IMG/VR virus record: IMGVR_UViG_3300035703_002708
Length of the DNA stretch: 64,000 bases
Reading direction: 5' to 3' (one strand)
Source of the DNA: a virus
Lineage: Duplodnaviria; Caudoviricetes
Under the pieces are notes generated by a model. It did not search any database. It was not told the origin of the DNA and saw nothing but the letters and a program-made list of their open reading frames with translations. The position numbers and the translations under genes were made by a program. Every line of letters begins with the position of its first letter. The first letter of the stretch is position 1. Below are positions 1 to 12,300 of the stretch, in pieces.

Positions 1-33
1 TGAAGTATTTACAAAGGAGAAACATTATCTAAT

Positions 34-453
34 ATGAGCGACATCGTAAATTATAAAAGTCAGTTTGAACCCACAGTAGATGTGTTCCTTCTTTTTAAGG
101 AAAACGAAATCTACGATAAAATGAAACCGCTATTTGACGAGTTAGGTCATGGGTTCGCATCGGCTGAGGATAGAATGGTCTTTTTGGATGGTGAATCAGT
201 AACCTCAGGAGAACAAGTAGATGAAAATGCTTTAAGATTTATTGAGGCTCACGAAGTATCTCATGTATTACTTGACCACTCAGCAGAAAGAAACGATGAA
301 GATGAGATGGATGCTGATTTGGGGGCCTATATATTGTTAGCGAACAAAGGGTTCAAAAACTCAATTGACATTTTAATTGATAATTTCGAAGGTCGTCACG
401 GGGTGAAGTTCAAAAAATCCCTTACACAACGGGTGTCAGATAAAATTTTTTGA
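34..453 (+). CDS. Hypothetical protein with HExxH zinc-metallopeptidase-like motif
   Basis: 139 aa ORF; FIEAHEVSHVLLDH and downstream EMDADLGA resemble ImmA/IrrE-type zincins. Confidence 0.5.
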   Translation: MSDIVNYKSQFEPTVDVFLLFKENEIYDKMKPLFDELGHGFASAEDRMVFLDGESVTSGEQVDENALRFIEAHEVSHVLLDHSAERNDEDEMDADLGAYILLANKGFKNSIDILIDNFEGRHGVKFKKSLTQRVSDKIF

Positions 454-483
454 GGTTCTTGATAAATTTTTAATTTTACAATA

Positions 484-490
484 TATTTAT
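484..490 (+). promoter_or_regulatory. TATTTAT putative late promoter with no downstream ORF
   Basis: Same heptamer precedes many structural genes; followed by a hairpin and terminator. Confidence 0.45.
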
Positions 491-494
491 TAAT

Positions 495-560
495 CTCCGA
501 CCTCCTCATAGGTTGTCAAAATATATTCAAAACCCAAGAATTCGTTTCTTGGGTTTTTTT
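495..560 (+). ncRNA. Putative ~65 nt small RNA
   Basis: Promoter 484-490; hairpin CGACCT-CCTCAT-AGGTTG at 498-515; terminator 529-560; no ORF. Confidence 0.3.
529..560. terminator. Intrinsic terminator
   Basis: aaaacccaagaa-ttcg-tttcttggg followed by a T-run. Confidence 0.8.
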
Positions 561-577
561 ATTTGAAAACTTTTTTA

Positions 578-585
578 TATATTTG
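578..585 (+). promoter_or_regulatory. Bacteroidota-type -7 promoter TAnnTTTG
   Basis: TATATTTG then 4 nt then ATG at 590. Confidence 0.7.
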
Positions 586-589
586 TCAT

Positions 590-1258
590 ATGAATCCAAA
601 CTACAAAAAACTTAACATACCCGAAGACTCGGTTTGGGATAGAAAAACATATAATCCTTATGTTTTACTCGACCGTTGGGTGTATAACAAATTTAGACAT
701 ACAATCGTTGGTGGGTATATCTGTAATGTATTTGATAATATAAACGCATTTGTCAGAGGCGTAAAAAACATCATAAAATGGGCTCCAACCATTTACAAAG
801 ACACAAATTGGGATTACCAAAGTATCTATAATATTTTACAGAAAAAAATTGAACTCAACCGTGACCTAATTGTTAAAAACAATCGTCATACGGGAGTTAA
901 TATGGACAACTATTGGATGACCGTGTGTTTGAACTTAATTGAATTGGTCAAAAACGATGAATATTCAACCGAATTTTTCGAATATATCGACAAGGACCAT
1001 AGTTTTGAAGAAATTGAGGAAAAAGACGAGGACGGACAAACCTTTTTCCGCTTAGTATCAACCGTAATACACGATAATACACAAGAGTATGTCAAGAAAA
1101 ACCCATCAAAAGTCAGATTACTTCGTAAAACTATGAAAGATTTTGATTTGATGGAAAATGAGGATAAGGCAAAAGAAATCGGAAACGCAAAACACGAACA
1201 AGCAAAAAGAATTTTATTTGGTATTCTCCAAAACAAGATTGAATATTGGTGGGATTAG
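590..1258 (+). CDS. Hypothetical protein
   Basis: ORF track starts at TTG 563; ATG 590 preferred because the promoter lies at 578-585. Confidence 0.7.
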   Translation: MNPNYKKLNIPEDSVWDRKTYNPYVLLDRWVYNKFRHTIVGGYICNVFDNINAFVRGVKNIIKWAPTIYKDTNWDYQSIYNILQKKIELNRDLIVKNNRHTGVNMDNYWMTVCLNLIELVKNDEYSTEFFEYIDKDHSFEEIEEKDEDGQTFFRLVSTVIHDNTQEYVKKNPSKVRLLRKTMKDFDLMENEDKAKEIGNAKHEQAKRILFGILQNKIEYWWD

Positions 1259-1279
1259 AAAAAACACTATATTTGTCAA

Positions 1280-1936
1280 ATGAAAAAGACCATAACCTTT
1301 ATAAGTGATACTCACACCAAACACAAGCATGTAACTGGCGAGTTACCTGGTGGGGATATCCTTATCCATTGTGGTGATATCAGTAATCGGGGTTATATGA
1401 ATGAGATTAAGAACTTCCTTGATTGGTTTGATGGTATCAAAGGTTATGAACACAAGATTTTCATAGCAGGAAATCACGACTTTGGGTTCCAAGATAATCC
1501 AAAGGAGTGTGCCAAGTTATTACAAAACTATCCTACTGTGACTTACTTGGAAGATACAAGTGTAATTATAGATGGTATCAAAATTTATGGAAGCCCTTGG
1601 CAACCACGGTTCTATAATTGGGCGTTTAATGTTGATAGAGGAGAAGCGATTGCGAAAAAGTGGGAAAATATACCACAGGACACTGATATATTGATTACTC
1701 ACGGTCCTTTACATGGGATTTTAGATAGCACTTACACAGGACAGAGAGTTGGTTGTGAGGATTTATATAAAAAGGTGATGGAAATCAAACCTAAGGTTCA
1801 TTGTAGTGGGCACATACATTTTGACTACGGGATGAAGGAAATTGATGGAATGACTTTTATAAATGCTTGTAATTTGGGTGAAGATTATATGTATCAAAAT
1901 GGTCCGATTACCTTAGATTTTGAATTTGACGTATGA
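1280..1936 (+). CDS. Calcineurin-like metallophosphoesterase (MPPED-like)
   Basis: Motifs SDTH, HCGD, AGNHD, ITHGP, GHIH; TATATTTG at 1268-1275. Confidence 0.9.
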   Translation: MKKTITFISDTHTKHKHVTGELPGGDILIHCGDISNRGYMNEIKNFLDWFDGIKGYEHKIFIAGNHDFGFQDNPKECAKLLQNYPTVTYLEDTSVIIDGIKIYGSPWQPRFYNWAFNVDRGEAIAKKWENIPQDTDILITHGPLHGILDSTYTGQRVGCEDLYKKVMEIKPKVHCSGHIHFDYGMKEIDGMTFINACNLGEDYMYQNGPITLDFEFDV

Positions 1937-2322
1937 GAGCCGTAATCGCTGTTAATAATTTAGGGTATATTGGGAAAGATAACACCCTCCTGTGGAAATG
2001 TTCTGAAGATTTGAAACATTTTAAGAACTTAACCACAGGGGGAGTGTTGTTGGTGGGATATAACACATCTTTGACATTACCACCGCTTAAAAACAGGGAA
2101 ATTTTCATATATAAAAGAGAATATGACAGAGAACTTTTAATTTTAGAGTGTGATTGGTGTATTGGGGGTAAAAAAACTTACGAAAAGTTCTGTCATTTAT
2201 TTACTGAATTACATATTTCACATATTAACGATAATCAGGTTGGGGATACGACATTTCCTGACTTGAAAAACCTAAACAAAGATTGCAAAATCTTTAATTA
2301 TTACTTTGAACCAAATTTATGA
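1933..2322 (+). CDS. folA: Dihydrofolate reductase (short, divergent)
   Basis: IAVNNLGYIGKDNTLLW..EDLKHFKNLT, LPPLKNR, CIGG and GDTTFP match the DHFR pattern. Confidence 0.8.
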   Translation: MRAVIAVNNLGYIGKDNTLLWKCSEDLKHFKNLTTGGVLLVGYNTSLTLPPLKNREIFIYKREYDRELLILECDWCIGGKKTYEKFCHLFTELHISHINDNQVGDTTFPDLKNLNKDCKIFNYYFEPNL

Positions 2323-3329
2323 TTAATTACGCAGACATTATTGTCGATTTACAAGCAGGAGACACAGGAAAAGGAAAAGTTGCTCACCATTTAGCAAAAA
2401 TACCAAATGAATACACACATGTTGTTAGATATAACGGTGGAGGAAACGCTGGACACACAATATATCACGACGGAGAGAAATTTGTAACCCATTACATTCC
2501 TGTGGGAGTAATTTACGGTATTAAATCCATAATCGGGCCAGGTTGTGTTGTAAATGTTAAGGACCTATTCAAAGAAATAGAAGAATTAGAGTGGGGAGGG
2601 TTCAAAGTAAGACAAAATCTATGGATTGATAAAAGAGTTCATATTATTACCGAAGAGCACCAAAATGAGGAGGGTTCAGAAACAAAAATCGGGACCACAA
2701 AAAAAGGTAATGGTCCTTGTTATCGGGACAAATACTCAAGAACTGGATTAAGAGCAGAGTCAGTACCTGAATTAGAAAATTTTCTTATTGATTGTTATGA
2801 GGAATTTCACGAAACTGAAGGACAGGTAAGAATTTTATTTGAGGGGGCGCAAGGGTTCGAATTAGACATAGATTGGGGTGACTATCCTTATGTTACCTCA
2901 TCACACTGCACGGTAGGAGGTGCGATATTAAATGGGGTTCCTCCACAAAAAGTAAGAAATGTTTATGGTATCGCAAAAGTTTATCAAACTTATGTTGGTT
3001 CAAAAGAATTTGAACCCAATGACCCCATTTTTCCTAAAATCAGAGAGATTGGTCATGAATATGGTGCCACCACAGGAAGAGCAAGACAAGTAAATTGGTT
3101 AGATTTGGATAAACTAATCGAAGCGTTAAGAATAAATGGGGTGACCGAACTTATTTTTAATAAACTCGATGTATTGGAAGAAGTCGGTGTCTTTAGTTTG
3201 TATGAAAATGATAAATTACTTAATTTCGAAACAACCGAAAAGTTCCGAAACTATGTTGAAGTTTCTGTAAGGGAAAAGGTGGGATTATTAAGTTATATCA
3301 GATGGAGCAAAACACCATTTGGGATTTAG
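2319..3329 (+). CDS. purA: Adenylosuccinate synthetase (short type)
   Basis: GDTGKGK, GGGNAGHT, IGTTKKGNGP, FEGAQG, EYGATTGRAR, NKLD. Confidence 0.9.
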   Translation: MINYADIIVDLQAGDTGKGKVAHHLAKIPNEYTHVVRYNGGGNAGHTIYHDGEKFVTHYIPVGVIYGIKSIIGPGCVVNVKDLFKEIEELEWGGFKVRQNLWIDKRVHIITEEHQNEEGSETKIGTTKKGNGPCYRDKYSRTGLRAESVPELENFLIDCYEEFHETEGQVRILFEGAQGFELDIDWGDYPYVTSSHCTVGGAILNGVPPQKVRNVYGIAKVYQTYVGSKEFEPNDPIFPKIREIGHEYGATTGRARQVNWLDLDKLIEALRINGVTELIFNKLDVLEEVGVFSLYENDKLLNFETTEKFRNYVEVSVREKVGLLSYIRWSKTPFGI

Positions 3330-3535
3330 AAACCGTCAAAGAAAAAAAAGAAACTTCCTTGGACATTATTCGTTGCAGGTGCTGGTTGTAATAAGAAGGT
3401 TATCGGTTGACCTTCAAACCAATATTCCTCAGAGCCGGTATTTAAAGTCGAATTTACAGTTCCGAACGACCTACCTTCGAACCAATATTCCTCTAAATTA
3501 TCATCATCTATGTAATCCATTATGTCACACTCCAA
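3326..3535 (-). CDS. Small hypothetical protein at end of fibre operon
   Basis: 69 aa; internal EEYWFEG duplication; C-terminal FFFFFDGF; overlaps the upstream minus-strand gene. Confidence 0.55.
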   Translation of the reverse strand: MECDIMDYIDDDNLEEYWFEGRSFGTVNSTLNTGSEEYWFEGQPITFLLQPAPATNNVQGSFFFFFDGF

Positions 3536-6063
3536 TCATCTACATTTATCCATCCTGATGTTCCATCACAATCGACATAAATTTGAAAACCTCCATTGTT
3601 GTAAGCGGTATATGGTATCGTTGCGGTTAATTCCTGCCAAACTCCAACTGTAGAACCTGTCATTGTACTTAATACTTGGTCGGTTTGACCTGTATAGTTA
3701 AAAACTGACGGTGAATATCCCAAAATTAATCTTGGTTGAGACCCATTATAGTTTGAACCTGATGGGTCAGAAATTGATGATTTTCTAACCCAAACCGAAA
3801 CTGTTGCGGATGAACCTGAAGAAATAGGAATTGTTTTATATGGTGATTGTAGCTTGAAGAGGGTCGTTAATGGAACCAATCTAGTAGAGGCGGTACCTGT
3901 TTTGAATATTGAACCATCATATTGAGACGCATTACCTAAGGTCGTATATGTATAGTGATTATTACTTATCTGTTGGTATCTCTGAAGTTTTATTGCTGAA
4001 TTGAAATATATGTTAGTTAATGTTGAGAATTTTGTAGGAGAAGATAGGACACAGTTTTCGAAAACAGAGTCTATGCCTTTAGCCGCACTAACAATAACAT
4101 CTCCGACTGAATGTGTTTGACCAGTACCGAAAGTACAATTTTCGAACCTTGTTTCAGAGAATTGTTGTAGACCAACACCTCTTGATGCGGTTATGGTAGT
4201 TCCTGCTCTAAAATTACAATTAACAAATTCGATACCTCGACATGAGTTAATTACCGCTTGACCCGAGGCATTCGCATTACCATAAAAATTACAATTGTAA
4301 AATTTCAAGTTATCTGCACTTGTAATCGATAATGCGGTATATGTTGATGAAATTCTCCATACATCTAAGTCATATATTCTGAGAAAGGCGACTGTAGCGG
4401 CACCGACTCCGGCAACTGATGAGTGTAAAGTATTACCTGAAACAATACCGTTCATAATTCTTTCACCATATAAACTTGCGGTGGTGTAAAAAATTAAAGA
4501 ACCAGTCCCAATTGATGACCCAACAGAACCATTTAGTCCTGACATTCTATTACCTATAAAGTTGTAAGAATCCAGTAATAAAGTTATACTTGTTGCAGTA
4601 CTAGTTGAAGCTCCTGTGGCTAAAATAAAGTAATTAAAACTTATCGAGTTTGTTATTACGCTACTATCGACCGCAGTTACATTTAAATTTCCAAAAGGGC
4701 CTATAAAGAAATATGCACAGTTGTAAAAACAATTATAGTTTATTTGGATGTTCGAACCGAATACCGCACCATTTGTAATATAACTCGAATTATAAAAACT
4801 ACTATACTCCATCCTTTTTTCACCATTACCCGTGAAAGTCACAATACCCATCGAACTTATCTCAACTCCTTGTAAATTCATTAAAACATTGTTCAAGGTC
4901 ATAACTCCTTGAGAACCACTTGAGTTTCGTATTTTTACATTTCTTGTTAGGTTGATAACTTCAGCAACAATATCTCCCGAACCTCCATGTGCGTTGGTTA
5001 AAGTTGCGGAAACTATAACTGTTGTTCCTGATGCATCTCCAGACATAGTTCTCAAATCTTGTCCTGTTGCTACCGCACCTGTGCCCGCAAGAACTATTCG
5101 GTCACCATCTTTCCAACCTGTCGATACGTTTGTGGTAAAAGTTGTTGCACCAGCTGCAACATCGGCTGAAAGTAAGGCATAAGGATAGGTCGGATTAACA
5201 CCAGCACCAAGTAAAGTTACTGTATGGAATTGGTTAGGAAGTTGACCGGTCGATATTGTGTTAAAACCTTGACCTGAACCTGAAAACTCTAAAATGGCAC
5301 TTGATGTTGATGGTATTGTATTACCTGTGGTACCGATTGATAGATAGGCACCACATCCCATCCAAATATTACCATTGACTCGTAAATAATAATTTGTATT
5401 TGGGTCGGTACCATAACTAAGATAGGCGTTAGTGCTCAAGTTGATACCACCAAAATTTGCTGAACCTGACCCGAAAGTTGTGGCTGAAGTGGTGTTATCC
5501 ATAGTTACGGTATATTCATTTACTGTAGACCCTGTAACCCATTCAGACATCACCCATAAATCGTCAGTTGCTGCCGGTGCTTGAGTTGTTGTTGTAATCA
5601 AAAAACGATGAGTGGTTGTTGCATTACCGTTAGTTGTTGCCATGATAAGTGTGTTACCCGCCACACTTCCTGAGACTCTAATTGCATAACTTACACCACT
5701 AGTCAAAGTTATATTAGAAGGGAGTTTGAAAGAATACCAAGAACCCGATATCAAGCTAATATTATCAAAGTTGAAACTACTTGTATTAACGGTTACTGTT
5801 GAATTTGTAATAGCGCTGTTAGAAGTCACATTAAATAATTGAGCGGAGAATGTTCCTGTTGTGTTTGCACCTTTGAGTCTAATACCTATATCTGAAACTG
5901 TAATGGTTGAAGATGGTACAAAAGTACCCAAAGAAACAAAAGAAGTTGTAACCTGATACTGACTAGTTGTTGCCGCACCCGCCTGAAACGACTGTTCATT
6001 AATTACACCCCAAGTTGATGAGCCAGTAAAACTTCCACTTGCAATTGATGCTAATTTTGCCAT
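3520..6063 (-). CDS. Large virion fibre/adhesin-like protein with probable parallel beta-helix
   Basis: 847 aa S/T/G/N-rich; FYNCNFYGN/FVNCNF/FENCTF repeats; C-terminal WQEL..WINVDD beta-sandwich-like end. Confidence 0.6.
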   Translation of the reverse strand: MAKLASIASGSFTGSSTWGVINEQSFQAGAATTSQYQVTTSFVSLGTFVPSSTITVSDIGIRLKGANTTGTFSAQLFNVTSNSAITNSTVTVNTSSFNFDNISLISGSWYSFKLPSNITLTSGVSYAIRVSGSVAGNTLIMATTNGNATTTHRFLITTTTQAPAATDDLWVMSEWVTGSTVNEYTVTMDNTTSATTFGSGSANFGGINLSTNAYLSYGTDPNTNYYLRVNGNIWMGCGAYLSIGTTGNTIPSTSSAILEFSGSGQGFNTISTGQLPNQFHTVTLLGAGVNPTYPYALLSADVAAGATTFTTNVSTGWKDGDRIVLAGTGAVATGQDLRTMSGDASGTTVIVSATLTNAHGGSGDIVAEVINLTRNVKIRNSSGSQGVMTLNNVLMNLQGVEISSMGIVTFTGNGEKRMEYSSFYNSSYITNGAVFGSNIQINYNCFYNCAYFFIGPFGNLNVTAVDSSVITNSISFNYFILATGASTSTATSITLLLDSYNFIGNRMSGLNGSVGSSIGTGSLIFYTTASLYGERIMNGIVSGNTLHSSVAGVGAATVAFLRIYDLDVWRISSTYTALSITSADNLKFYNCNFYGNANASGQAVINSCRGIEFVNCNFRAGTTITASRGVGLQQFSETRFENCTFGTGQTHSVGDVIVSAAKGIDSVFENCVLSSPTKFSTLTNIYFNSAIKLQRYQQISNNHYTYTTLGNASQYDGSIFKTGTASTRLVPLTTLFKLQSPYKTIPISSGSSATVSVWVRKSSISDPSGSNYNGSQPRLILGYSPSVFNYTGQTDQVLSTMTGSTVGVWQELTATIPYTAYNNGGFQIYVDCDGTSGWINVDDWSVT

Positions 6064-6308
6064 TACTCAATACCTCCTTCTTGACTATCGTATATTTGGT
6101 CTTGTGTTGAAACATTATTATTCATATTTAATTGAACTTCTAACATAATTTGTTCGGCTCTTACTTCCCAATCAGATTCATTTGATGAACCATCTAATTC
6201 TACCCAATCTCTGAAATAATATAGACCATCATTATAAACTTTAATCAGTCTAATTTCTGTTTGACCATTTATGTATCCATTAACGTATTCGTATGTAAAA
6301 CCTGTCAT
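6063..6308 (-). CDS. Hypothetical protein
   Basis: 81 aa, tightly coupled to neighbours in the minus-strand operon. Confidence 0.65.
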   Translation of the reverse strand: MTGFTYEYVNGYINGQTEIRLIKVYNDGLYYFRDWVELDGSSNESDWEVRAEQIMLEVQLNMNNNVSTQDQIYDSQEGGIE

Positions 6309-6309
6309 A

Positions 6310-9300
6310 TTAACTATATCCTTTGTTTAATGCTAATACATCCCACTTATCATCTATTGCATTATAAATAACTCCTAAATAATCTGTAGTGTTGGCTGCG
6401 GTAGATAATGTCACAGTAATTGGTCCACTTCTAAATCCACTTGAAAGTGTTAATAATTTACTTCCTGTTCCATCTTGTTTTAACTGATATACAATTCTTT
6501 GACCTGAAAATCCGTTTGTTGGTGTTGCTAATGTTGTATTGCCCGTTAGTGTTAAAGTAAATGTACTTGAAAGTGATGCATCGGTTGATGCGGTGTTCGA
6601 AACGACTGTGAGTGCGACAGGTAATATTTTCGTTGAGATTTGAGTACCATTTACATTTCCTGTTCCACTTAATGTGATTTGTCCTGCGGCATATGTTCCA
6701 CCTGTGACGGCATTTACGTTTTGATATGTGGCGGCAGAAACTGAGGTTGCTGAGAATCCTGCATTAAAGATAACTCCATTTTGGTTAAATAACGCCAAAT
6801 CTGACCTATTGATATCGGTTGTCCCGTTTCCTATTACAAAAACAGATGTTGTATTTCCTGTTGTGTTGAATTTTCCTACCGCGACTTGATAATCTTTAGA
6901 GGTTATTGTGTAGTATCCGATGGCGGCAGATGAATCTCCAATTGCAACAGAACGGTATCCTTGCGCGAAAGATTGTGTGCCGACAGTAATACCACCACCT
7001 TGGGCATGTGAGTAATTGCCATAAGCAATACCACCACCTTCAGCATGTGAATTATCTGCATATGTGACACCACCCCCTTCGGCGTGAGAATATTTTCCAA
7101 ACGATTGAGAACCTAATCCCTCAACGTGTGAGTAATCACCCCAAGACCTACCACTATACCCCTCCGCATGTGAACCACGACCGTAGGTACCCGTATAATA
7201 ACCCTCCGAATGAGACTCATCTCCTTTTATTACATCGGCTGAGTTAGGGTTTGGATTATCGGGTAATGTAATTGTGCATGCTGTTGTTGCCGAAATTGTG
7301 TCTTTTAAATTCAACAATGTGTTTGTACCGTCAAATGTACTTCCGGTGACTATAATTGAAAGTACTCCATTTAAGTTACTTAAATCAGCGTCGTCCAAAA
7401 TTATTGAGGAGCCACCAGGGAATAAACTTGTTAAATTACCGTATGTTGAGTACAAAGTCACTGTTTGAGTAGTTGCGCTCGCTAAGTACCCTAAATATCC
7501 CGACTTAGTGTAGTATCCCTCAGAATGTGATTGGACTGCAAATGTCTGAGTGTAGTAACCTTCAGCATGTGAAGCGGCACCTAAAGAAATTGTACCATAA
7601 CCTTCAGCATGTGATGAATTTGCGTACGATTGAGTGGACCTGCCTTCTGCATGAGAGTAGTCACCATACGATTGAGTTGTAAGTCCCTCAGCGTGTGAAT
7701 ACTGCCCCCGTGATTCAGTACTTTCACCCTCAGCGTGTGAAAAATTACCTGTTGAGGTCGTAGTCGAACCCTCAGCGTGAGAATAATCACCCGATGAGAT
7801 AGTACCTGAACCCTCAGCATGAGAGCTTTCACCATCCGATTGAGTTGATGTACCTTCAGCATGAGAATACACGCCATTAGATTGAGTCGACCTTCCCTCG
7901 GCATGTGAAAATGAACCATTAGAAATGGAATTAGAACCTTCTGAGTGAGAATAATTACCAACCGATTGACTACCAACACCCTCTGAGTGTGACCCGATAC
8001 CTATAGATTTTGTTAAGTTGCCTTCTGAGTGTGATGCACTACCAATAGCGAAAGTCTGAGAACCTTCCGCATGACTATATTGACCGAGAGATGAATTTTG
8101 AATACCCTCAGCGTGTGAACCGTCTCCAAAAGAATTACTTGTTCTACCTTCTGCATGTGACCCCTCACCAATTGCCTTACTGTCTTGACCTTCAGAGTGT
8201 GAGTAATCTGATACAATAGTTTTATCTCCAATCCACACTGAAGAATCAACTGTACTTAAAACATATATTGTTGTTGAGGTTAAAGACGTGTCGACTAATT
8301 GTATATCAGTTTGAGTTGTATAATTTACCGTGTCAATCAAAAAACTTTGTGAAAATAACACATTGTCAAACTCGACATCTGTTAAAAACAAATAATCACC
8401 GGATGAAAATTCTCCTGTCAAATCACCGTAAATTGGGTCCAAAGAAATCAATCCACTTATTATTGTACCAGAATATGCTAATGTGGTACCAACACTTGTA
8501 CCCCCACCTTCCGCATGTGACAATGTTCCATTTACAGTCGAGCCCGTTGTTTGTATTGAACTTTGTAGTGTTATTTCATCACAACCAAATATATTAGATA
8601 CGTAAAAATCGTTCACACAACTTGCAGATGTATTTCCCGTAAAACTACCTCCTGAAGTTATACCTGTAACCGAAACTGTAAAATTTCCGTTCGAACCGGT
8701 AATACTAATGTTTGAACCTTCAGTCAATCCACTTATTGGTAAATTCTGATATGTTGTTGCCGACACAGTATCGGCGGTTAGTCCCCCACTTATTGTCTGA
8801 CCAACTGAGAAATTATTATCGACATTGGTGTAAGCGTTATTACTATATTCAGATGCCGTCAGGTGATAATATTGTCCTGCGGTTCCCCCTTGAATACTCG
8901 TTAAGTCGTTGTGTTGTGTAACTTGTGTGGATTGGAATACTTGGACAAAGGCGCTTTCAACTAAACCTGTTGTTGCTCCAACCTGAACTATAATTCTTCC
9001 CGTTAAAAATGCGTGAGATGTTATTAATTCAGGTAAGGATGGTTCAACGGATAACTGTGCTTCAGCAACACTGTCATATTCATCCGTTCCGTAAACTTCA
9101 TATAAGTGGTCATTAACTTCTTGTCCTCTGAAATACCAATTTACCAAATATTTTGAAGTCGTTCCTGAAACTATATCTGTTCCGTCATCATAATAAGTGT
9201 TATTAATTGTATCACCTGTTGTTGTATAAACCCAAGTTCCCCCACTATGAAAACTCTTAAAGAAAATGTCGTCTTGACTATTAACTGCAACTAATGATTG

Positions 9301-12300
9301 TCTATTTGTTCCGTTCCATGCAACTCCTGATGTTAAAGTAACCACACCTGTTACTCCACTTAATCCTAGCGAAAATCCACTTTCTCTACCAAATCTGTTA
9401 ACGGCAACAATTCTATTACTAATCTTATTTGGTAGACCAGCACCCTCATTTCCGAAATCTAATACGTGAACAAAATTATCTGCCCTATAAATCAAATAAC
9501 ATAAGTCAACATCACTTCCATTTATAAATGAATTATCTGTAGAAACTCCCCATCTTGGAGAACCATTATTATATTCAATATAGATGTAATTTGTGTCGTT
9601 ATTAGTTAGTGCGGCAATTCCTCCACTACCTGTCACACCACTTGATACCGTGTAAACTTGTACAGGTTCCGTGTATGATGAGTTATTGTATAAAGCAACT
9701 TGTACCGCCGGTAAATTTACCGAACCATTTCCATTACTAACCCAATTTGAAGAACCTGATAAAATACCTGAACTATACGTTGCAGACCCTGTAACGGTAA
9801 ATGTTCCACCTGTGTTATTTCTGAAAGTAGTATTACCATTTGAATATGTTCCACCTGTAACTCTTATATCGGTTGGTAGATTTTGATATGTTGTGGCAGA
9901 AATAGTTGTTGCAGTTACACCATTTAAGTTGATGTTATTATCTAAATTAAACACAACGGTAGATGTCCCTGAAATACTTGAACTGATGTTTGTTCCTCCT
10001 GATAAAATCAGAGTTGCGTTTGGATTAGGTGCTGTAATAGTGGTTGCGGTTGAATCTCCTTGTATAGTTGTCCAAGAATTTGATGGAGGTGCTGATGAAG
10101 TCCCTTCTACAAATTCGAACAAATCAAAATAATATCTTGATTGTGCACCAGTTCCTTGTGGAGAAAAGGACGCCTCTAAAACCTGAACATTTGTATTAGT
10201 TAAATAAAATCTCCAAAGAGGTATTGATATCAACTGCCAAGTTGAAACATTAGTTGGACTATATTGAACTACGTTAGCGGTTCCTGCTCCGTTCATAGTA
10301 ACAACTGAACCATTTTGTGTTCCGCCAGTAGTTAAAAATCTGAACCTGATTAAACTTGTTGTTGTGTTTGCAGATAAGTTTCTTATTGCAAACTGTAAAG
10401 TAGAGTAATTGTTTGTATTAAGTTCAGTTAAACCCGTTAATCTGAAAAAAGTTGTATACGCACCTGTAACACCACTTACTCTAATTGATGTTCCACCACT
10501 ATAAGTTACACCTGTAAAATTTCCAATAATTCTTGTTGGTTGTACACCACCAGAACCAAATGTCCATTCACTCGGTGGACCTGAATTTTCGTTATAAATT
10601 ACAAAAGTAGATACGTCTGCGGATGTACTATTGGCTCTTACCAAAACAAATGTGACTTCTATTTCCGTATCACCATCAACTAATGGTTTTTCTGGATTGT
10701 CTGAAGGTGTTCCTTGTAAGACTCCTGTATTACCACTTATGTCAGCGTAAATTACATCAATTCTATCAAATGTGGAATCACCACTTGACAAGGTAACAGT
10801 AGTTTCTGCACTTATTGTGTAAATTTGACCATTAATTAAGTACTCCAAAGGACTAACACTAAATGTTAATCCACTTACATAAGAAACACTACCATTAAGT
10901 AATTTATTACCTTGAACAACTAAATTCCAAAGTGTAAAATTTTGTTCATTTACACCTAACTCTATTGTTTGGTTTTGAGATGTTACCGAAACTTTATTTG
11001 TTGTATCTGAAGTAATTGATTTTATGTTAATTACTTTGTCTGTTGTGGAATCGTAAATAGAAGTGCCACTACCAACAGATGTTGCACCTGTTATTGATGG
11101 AGAATAACCACTTAAATTGACACTAAAACCTGAATATTGACTATTTGTATTTTGAGATAATGTTAAAACATCATTTGTCAAACTAAAACCTGTAACAAAT
11201 GTATCACCTGTCCCACCTTGTGAAACCGCAAGTCCCACTTGTTTTGCAACAATAATTACGGATGGTGAATCTGGTCTTGTTGGAGTTGTTAATCCTGATA
11301 GTGCGGTTAATTGAACAAATTCATTATCTGAAGAAAAGTAAAATTCAACATAATCGTTCGCATTTAATTCAAATATGAATGAAACAAATGGTAATTGTAA
11401 AACACTATTCGAAACTAAACCTAAAGTCGATGAACTTCTCGCAACAGGGTTTCCATTTATTGCCGCCCAAATTGTAACGATAGCCCCCGCTCCCTGAGTT
11501 TTCTCAATTTGAGGTGAATATCCTATTTCATAAACACCTGTGTTAGCAACCGTGATTTTTGTATTATCAACTACTGTAATACCATTAGATAATTCGGTGC
11601 GATTATATTTCCACACCGTTGGGGTATTTGCACCGCTTAAAGGTTGGTTTGTTGAGTCTGAGAAACTTCCGTAGTAATTTGCTGAGAAGCCCGTAGCAGT
11701 CAATCCTGTTACAACAAAGGTCGAACCTGAATTATTTGTAAAAGTTATTTGACTACCATTATAAGTTCCACCGGTTACAAATGTGTCTCTCAAACCTGAA
11801 ATCGGTATTGGGTTACCATTTGAATCTGTTAAAGTTAAGGTACCGCCCGAAAATGTATTTCCGGTGTAAGTAAATGCTCCTCCTGTGATAGATGTACCAC
11901 TTCCGCTACCACCACCTCCAGTTCCTGCTGAAAATATGAGTGTATTGTTGGTACCTGACGAGATTGTTACATTAATACCGCTGAAATTAATAAATGTGTT
12001 TGTATTTGCAGAAAACTGTGGAACACCATCAATTTTAACCGTATTGAATACGTGAGTCAGACCACTACCATTTCCATAAATTGTAGAACCTGAAATAGCA
12101 CCATCTGCACGAATAAAAGAAGTTACGGTACCAGCGGCATTCTCTCCTTGAAGTAGATGACTTACGTTGTCCGCGTTTCCCGTACCATTTTTAATTGATA
12201 CACCATCCAAGGTCGAATTGATTACAATCTCAGGCTCTACCGAATTGTCGTAGGCTTGTTGTAGGTTAGTTGTTGATATACCACCCGATGCTCCAACAGT

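Noticed and set aside
2319-3329. PurZ / 2-aminoadenine (Z) genome
   Set aside because: The catalytic Asp is kept (GDTGKGK rather than the Ser of PurZ), and the GTP-type NKLD motif is present, so this is PurA
3411-3492. Diversity-generating retroelement TR/VR pair
   Set aside because: Only a 20 nt repeat inside one small gene; no reverse transcriptase in the window
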